Origin: Marinicella sp. | GTDB taxonomy: Bacteria > Pseudomonadota > Gammaproteobacteria > Xanthomonadales > Marinicellaceae | Length of the DNA stretch: 64,000 nucleotides | Reading direction: 5' to 3' | Assembly: GCA_965230295.1 (NCBI GenBank) | Contig: OZ246001.1 | Coordinates: 608,001 to 672,000, forward strand | In this document: in pieces, positions 59,411 through 64,000 of the stretch | Position numbering within the stretch: position 1 is the stretch's first letter | Layout: every line of letters begins with the position of its first letter | Notes under the pieces: model-generated | Database searches by the model: none | What the model saw: only the letters and a program-made list of their open reading frames with translations | What the model was told of the DNA's origin: nothing | Program-made: the position numbers and the translations under genes

Positions 59411-60796
59411 ATGAAATATATGAAGATATTATTGTTGGCAGTCGTTTCGACTTCGGTTATGGCTGTACCATTAACAACGGAGTTTACTTTTCAGGGTGAG
59501 TTGATAGACTCAGGATCACCAGCCAATGGTGACTTCGACGTAAACTTCAGGTTGTACGATACTGCAGCCGGCGGTTCGGAAGTTGGTACTGTAGTATTTG
59601 TAGACGATTTAACTGTGAGTAACGGTTTGATCCAAACCGACATCGATTTTGGAGATGTACCATTCATGGGAGAGGCTGTTTGGGTACAGGTTGAAATCAG
59701 GCCGGGTACCAGTGTGGGAGCCTTTGAGGTTTTGAGCCCAAGACAAAAGGTCACATTAACACCATATTCAATACAGTCTATGTTTGTTGCCGATGGTGGC
59801 GTCACTTCCAGCAGCATCGCTAATGATGCTGTGGGTACCGCAGAAATTGATTCATCAGAAGTACAACAACGCGTTTCAGGAACCTGCCCAGTGGGTTCTG
59901 CCATGCGTGTGATCAATGAATCTGGGACAGTGACTTGTCAAGCAGCAGATGACAATGACTGGAGTATCGTGGGCAATTTCACCAGTTCAAACACACCTTT
60001 TGTGGGAATCAATACCACCAGCAGTATCGGCTCAGGATCATTCATGGTCAAAAGTCCTTTTTCAGATACATTCGGTGGCATGTTTGTGGATGTGGATGGC
60101 ACAGGATTTGAACAACCATTTTATGGCTATGCCACCAATGGTAGTTTTCGGGCATGGTCAGAATTCAATGAAAACGCCGATCAAATACGCTTCAATATCA
60201 ATAACAGCTACAAATTGGCCCTAGACAGCAATGGAAGATTGGGTGTTAATGAAACCAACCCACAACGAAACCTGCATGTGGACGGGAATGCAAGAATTGA
60301 AGATTTGGGTTTTGTTGGGTCTGGTCGTGCACAGGTCTTGGTCGAACCTGATGGTGATCTCGTCACAGGTCCCACAACACACACCATTGCCGTTCCACCG
60401 GCCGCTTTCACCGTTGAAGAGCCAGGTGACAGTTTTCAAAAAGTTTTGGGTAACGGACATGCCTTTATTCTGAGTGGTTTTGGTGCCTTATCAGCACCGG
60501 TGTATTTACCGGATGGCGCTGTTGTGACACGAGTGGATGTATGGTATCTGGACAATTCTGTTCAGGACTTGACTTTACGGCTCAGGCGCTCATCTCACAC
60601 TTCGATCAGTAACAGTGACCTGGCTGCTATTCTACCCAGCGGGAGTGTGGCAGGTATTCGTACCGCAGCGGATACCAGCATCAGTGTTCCAACGATTGAC
60701 AATGATGCCTTTTCCTATTATTTCAGGGTCTTTTCAAGCAATTGGACAGGTGTCAACATGGGTATCAGGGCCGTGAAGATCACATACAGATTATAA
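59411..60796 (+). CDS. Secreted fibre-like beta protein
   Basis: Signal peptide; FTFQGEL.DSG.PANG N-domain; VGINTT and GRLGVNETNP..LHVDG repeats; LPDGAVV C-domain. Confidence 0.7.
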   Translation: MKYMKILLLAVVSTSVMAVPLTTEFTFQGELIDSGSPANGDFDVNFRLYDTAAGGSEVGTVVFVDDLTVSNGLIQTDIDFGDVPFMGEAVWVQVEIRPGTSVGAFEVLSPRQKVTLTPYSIQSMFVADGGVTSSSIANDAVGTAEIDSSEVQQRVSGTCPVGSAMRVINESGTVTCQAADDNDWSIVGNFTSSNTPFVGINTTSSIGSGSFMVKSPFSDTFGGMFVDVDGTGFEQPFYGYATNGSFRAWSEFNENADQIRFNINNSYKLALDSNGRLGVNETNPQRNLHVDGNARIEDLGFVGSGRAQVLVEPDGDLVTGPTTHTIAVPPAAFTVEEPGDSFQKVLGNGHAFILSGFGALSAPVYLPDGAVVTRVDVWYLDNSVQDLTLRLRRSSHTSISNSDLAAILPSGSVAGIRTAADTSISVPTIDNDAFSYYFRVFSSNWTGVNMGIRAVKITYRL

Positions 60797-60818
60797 AGTT
60801 GATTGACAGAATAAAGAC

Positions 60819-60850
60819 ATCACACAGGCATGTCTTGTCTGTGTGATTTC
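60819..60850 (+). terminator. Terminator hairpin
   Basis: ATCACACAGGCA-tgtct-TGTCTGTGTGAT followed by TT. Confidence 0.55.
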
Positions 60851-60964
60851 AGGGTATTGAATAAACAGTTTAAACGCAATTAAAAACCACATGCTCAGAA
60901 ACGAGAAAACCCCATGGTTTGGGGCTTCCTAGATCATTCTTTAAGTTTTATTCTAAGGTGTCAG

Positions 60965-61438
60965 TTAGAACGGGATTTCGTCATCAAAGTCATCGAAATT
61001 CGGTGCCGGGTTGTTGTTTTGTTGTTGCTGTTGGTTGTTGGCTCTGGGTGCAGATGGCATGGACTGACCACCACCGCCAAAACCACCTGATCCGGAATCG
61101 CCACCTCTGCCACCCAGCATTTGCATTTCATTGGCCAGGATTTCTGTGGTGTAACGGTCTTGACCGTTCTGGTCTTGCCATTTGTTGGTCCTCAACTTGC
61201 CTTCAATGTAGACTTGGCTGCCTTTTTTCAGGTATTCACCGGCTATTTCAGCCAAACGGCTAAAAAACACCACACGGTGCCATTCTGTTTTTTCTTGTCT
61301 GTTGCCTTCCTTGTCTTTCCAGCTTTCTGTGGTTGCCACAGAAATGGTGGTTACTGCTGCGCCAGCTGGGGTGTACCTGACTTCAGGATCATTTCCTAAA
61401 TTGCCAACCAAGATGACTTTGTTGATGCCTCTTGCCAT
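60965..61438 (-). CDS. ssb: Single-stranded DNA-binding protein
   Basis: [27 protein letters not shown] tail. Confidence 0.98.
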   Translation of the reverse strand: MARGINKVILVGNLGNDPEVRYTPAGAAVTTISVATTESWKDKEGNRQEKTEWHRVVFFSRLAEIAGEYLKKGSQVYIEGKLRTNKWQDQNGQDRYTTEILANEMQMLGGRGGDSGSGGFGGGGQSMPSAPRANNQQQQQNNNPAPNFDDFDDEIPF

Positions 61439-61623
61439 GATGTGGTTCCTAAAATTTAAAGGTAGATTATAGGGTGCACCTTGATCTGATTCAACAGCGT
61501 ATCTTGATTTAGAATGAGATAAAACACCCTACGTGTGAGAAATCATTGACGGGTAAATAAGAATACAGCTAAAGATAATGAGGGTTCAAATTCAGACAAT
61601 GGCTTTTATTTGGAGCAAAAGCA

Positions 61624-62148
61624 ATGAAACGGATCCCACAGCAAGGGTTTACTTTGATTGAATTGATCATCGCATTAAGTATGTTGTCGATATTGACAGC
61701 CTATGCCATACCCAATTACCGAACTTTTAAATTAAACAAAAGCATGACCACAGAAGTGAATCGCTTGGTGGCCACCATCAATTATGCAAGGAGCAAAAGC
61801 ATCATTCTTCAAGAACATGTGATCCTGTGTGCCACCGAATCTTACATCAGTTGCGACGGCAACAGTCAATGGCACCTGGGGTGGATGGTGTTTGTAGACT
61901 TTGACCGAAACAAGGTGTTTGGCGAGAATGACCTGATGCTGCAAAATGAAATCAGCATGACCGGAAACTTAACGGCCAGAACTTCGCAATTCAGACCCCG
62001 GATCAGGTTTGATCAAACCGGGTTTGCACCAGGTACCAACTTAACCATACGATTTTGTGATGAGCGCGGCCAGGAGCATGGCAAAGCCATCGTGATCAGC
62101 AATGTAGGACGCCCCCGAGTGGCTCAATCAATCAACACCTGTGGTTGA
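61624..62148 (+). CDS. GspH/FimT family minor pilin
   Basis: GFTLIEL prepilin motif; GWMVFVD; GRPR. Confidence 0.88.
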   Translation: MKRIPQQGFTLIELIIALSMLSILTAYAIPNYRTFKLNKSMTTEVNRLVATINYARSKSIILQEHVILCATESYISCDGNSQWHLGWMVFVDFDRNKVFGENDLMLQNEISMTGNLTARTSQFRPRIRFDQTGFAPGTNLTIRFCDERGQEHGKAIVISNVGRPRVAQSINTCG

Positions 62149-62149
62149 G

Positions 62150-62476
62150 TTAATTGGTGGTAAAACTTTCGCCACAGCCACATGAACCTGTGGCATTGGG
62201 GTTTTTATAGACAAAGATTTGGTTGATGCCTTGTTTCTCATAGTCAATCACAGTGCCTTGAACCTTATCGATGGCATCTTTGGGGACGATCAACGTCACA
62301 CCTTTGTCTTCAAGTGTTACTTCGTCTGCTTTGACTTCATGCGCCAGGGCCACATCGTATCCCCAACCAGAACAACCCATCTTTTTCACAGCCACCCTGA
62401 AACCAAGAGCGGCTTCATCCAATGACATGAAGTGTAAGATCCTATCTGCGGCTTGTTGGGTTAATTGTAATGACAT
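62150..62476 (-). CDS. HesB/IscA family Fe-S assembly protein
   Basis: GCSG and NPNATGSCGCGESF; start at MSLQLT. Confidence 0.92.
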   Translation of the reverse strand: MSLQLTQQAADRILHFMSLDEAALGFRVAVKKMGCSGWGYDVALAHEVKADEVTLEDKGVTLIVPKDAIDKVQGTVIDYEKQGINQIFVYKNPNATGSCGCGESFTTN

Positions 62477-62585
62477 GGTTTTTAAATGTTTTCCTAGGTC
62501 AATGATTAATATGCGGGAGTTTACGCTGAATTCAAGAAAAATTGTAGTGAGAATTGAGATATATACAGCAGTTTTTCTCTTGGGC

Positions 62586-62616
62586 AAAAAAAAACAGCAA
62601 CCTTCCTTGGCTGCTG
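62586..62616 (-). terminator. Intrinsic terminator of the phasin gene
   Basis: Minus strand CAGCAGCC-aaggaa-GGTTGCTG followed by T9. Confidence 0.85.
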
Positions 62617-62659
62617 CTGGGGGACGAGGTACAAACTCGTGATTGATTATGCGCTTAAA

Positions 62660-63055
62660 TTAAGCGGCTTTTTTCTCAATCTTTTTGATTTCTTTGATCA
62701 AAGTTTCAACACGCTTGCTCAAACCTTTCAAATCATCTGCAGTTGGGATGTCCAATTTGTTCAAGGCACTTTCAACTTTGGTTTCAAAGACGTTTTCAAT
62801 TTTGTTGAACTGCTTTGAAGCGATGTTTTTGATGTTGTTTAATTTGCCTTCAGTTTTCTTGGTCAGTTTATCCACTGATTTTTTAGATTTTTTCTCTAAA
62901 GATTGGCCTTCTTTCAATAAGTTGCCATAAAACTTGTTGGCTTCTTTTGAAACATTGTCATAAACTTTAGTGGCTTCTTTCTGTGCGATTGAAACGACAC
63001 CTAAGCCGGCTAATACTGCATTTTTTACTGATTCTTTAACTTGTTTTGTATTCAT
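62660..63055 (-). CDS. Phasin family (PhaF/PhaI-like) PHA granule-associated protein
   Basis: LAGLG...LLKEG..LE, FETKVESALNKLDIPT..DL..L..RV; GAGG SD. Confidence 0.8.
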   Translation of the reverse strand: MNTKQVKESVKNAVLAGLGVVSIAQKEATKVYDNVSKEANKFYGNLLKEGQSLEKKSKKSVDKLTKKTEGKLNNIKNIASKQFNKIENVFETKVESALNKLDIPTADDLKGLSKRVETLIKEIKKIEKKAA

Positions 63056-63172
63056 GTGACACCTCATTAAGTTGTGTTTTATTGTTGATGTGCGTATAGT
63101 AATCAGCAGTTGTAGAGTAAACACACTAAACCACATAATTTTTAAAATAAATCATAAAAATCTTAAAAAATC

Positions 63173-63934
63173 ATGAATATCAATAATTGGGAAAACACCG
63201 AAGATCAATTTATCAAAGCCATGGATGAGGATGAGCTTTTGTCAAACTGGGACCAGTTACATGCAGCCGACCTGGCCACTGCCCCTGAAGGAGAGCTACT
63301 TGCCGCTTGGTTGTTGTTTCATAATGGCCACTATGCACAAGCTGCCGAAGCTGCTCAAGAACTGGGTGCAGCAGGATTGCCGGTGTTGTTGCGTTCAGTG
63401 GTGGCCTACACCGATTACATTTGTGAAGATGAAGAAGAATGCACGCAGCTTTTGGAACAAGCTTATTTAATGGGTGAATCATCTGATACCGATGAAGTCA
63501 ATGGTCTTTTCACCACAGCCTTGGCCATGGGCAGGTACTCACAATCAATTTCTATCACCAAAGCCTTGTCTAAAGGATTGGGTGGCAAAGTCAAAAACAT
63601 CTTAACTGCTGTACTTGAAGCGGAACCGGGTCATGCTGAGGCTCATTTAGCCATGGCCATGTACCATGCTGAAATTATCGATAAAGTCGGTGCCACATTG
63701 GGCGGTTTAACTTATGGCGCGAAACCGAAAATCGCGCACCAACACATTGATCAGGCCCTTGAGTTGGTATCCAATGCCATCAATTTAATCGAGGCAGGCA
63801 ATGCCATGATTTTACTTAAAGGTGATAAAGGTATGGATGAGGCCACAGATTTATACAGCCAGGCAGCTGAAGTTGAGCCATTAGACGCGCTGCAAGCCAT
63901 GGACGTTGATTTTGCCGCCTCTCAACTGGAATGA
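63173..63934 (+). CDS. Hypothetical TPR-like helical protein
   Basis: WDQLH..D, GRYSQSISI.KAL..GLGGKV, YHAEIIDKVG. Confidence 0.75.
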   Translation: MNINNWENTEDQFIKAMDEDELLSNWDQLHAADLATAPEGELLAAWLLFHNGHYAQAAEAAQELGAAGLPVLLRSVVAYTDYICEDEEECTQLLEQAYLMGESSDTDEVNGLFTTALAMGRYSQSISITKALSKGLGGKVKNILTAVLEAEPGHAEAHLAMAMYHAEIIDKVGATLGGLTYGAKPKIAHQHIDQALELVSNAINLIEAGNAMILLKGDKGMDEATDLYSQAAEVEPLDALQAMDVDFAASQLE

Positions 63935-64000
63935 AATGAACTGCTGTTTTGTTGTGACTTAGGCCAACAAGCCTGCAGGTAACATGGATTCAGCTTTGTC

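Noticed and set aside
59411-61438. Prophage remnant (fibre-like gene next to ssb)
   Set aside because: The fibre has a Sec signal peptide, ssb is the housekeeping type, and no other phage genes are present

Overview
AT-rich (roughly 40-45% GC by eye) chromosomal window from a gammaproteobacterium. Gene content and order (murL-murD2, ftsEX-dual REC-ung, DLIFxDxFE-tailed secreted proteins) suggest a Marinicella/Xanthomonadales-like marine organism; this is an inference. Most of it is recognisable gene content: a glycosyltransferase cluster, an ECF sigma/anti-sigma/PDZ locus, tRNA-Val(GAC), MurL/MurD2, pmbA/yjgA, a two-component system, a furan/cyclopropane fatty-acid cluster, deaD, alkB, clpSA, infA, ung, ftsEX, gspCDEF, an acyl-CoA dehydrogenase, an MBOAT/SGNH pair, ssb, fimT, iscA and a phasin. 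No integrase, transposase, prophage, CRISPR or rRNA was seen. The most unusual signal is non-coding: three intergenic copies (1116-1494, 24739-24887, 53939-54571) of an element with a shared head and tail. The copies contain different numbers and orders of hairpin modules, show compensatory base changes, and carry CsrA-type GGA hairpins on the opposite strand. Also notable are a secreted pentaheme cytochrome plus atypical copper-amine-oxidase-like operon, and a DLIFxD(G/D)xE peptide motif found twice at C-termini and once inside a protein.
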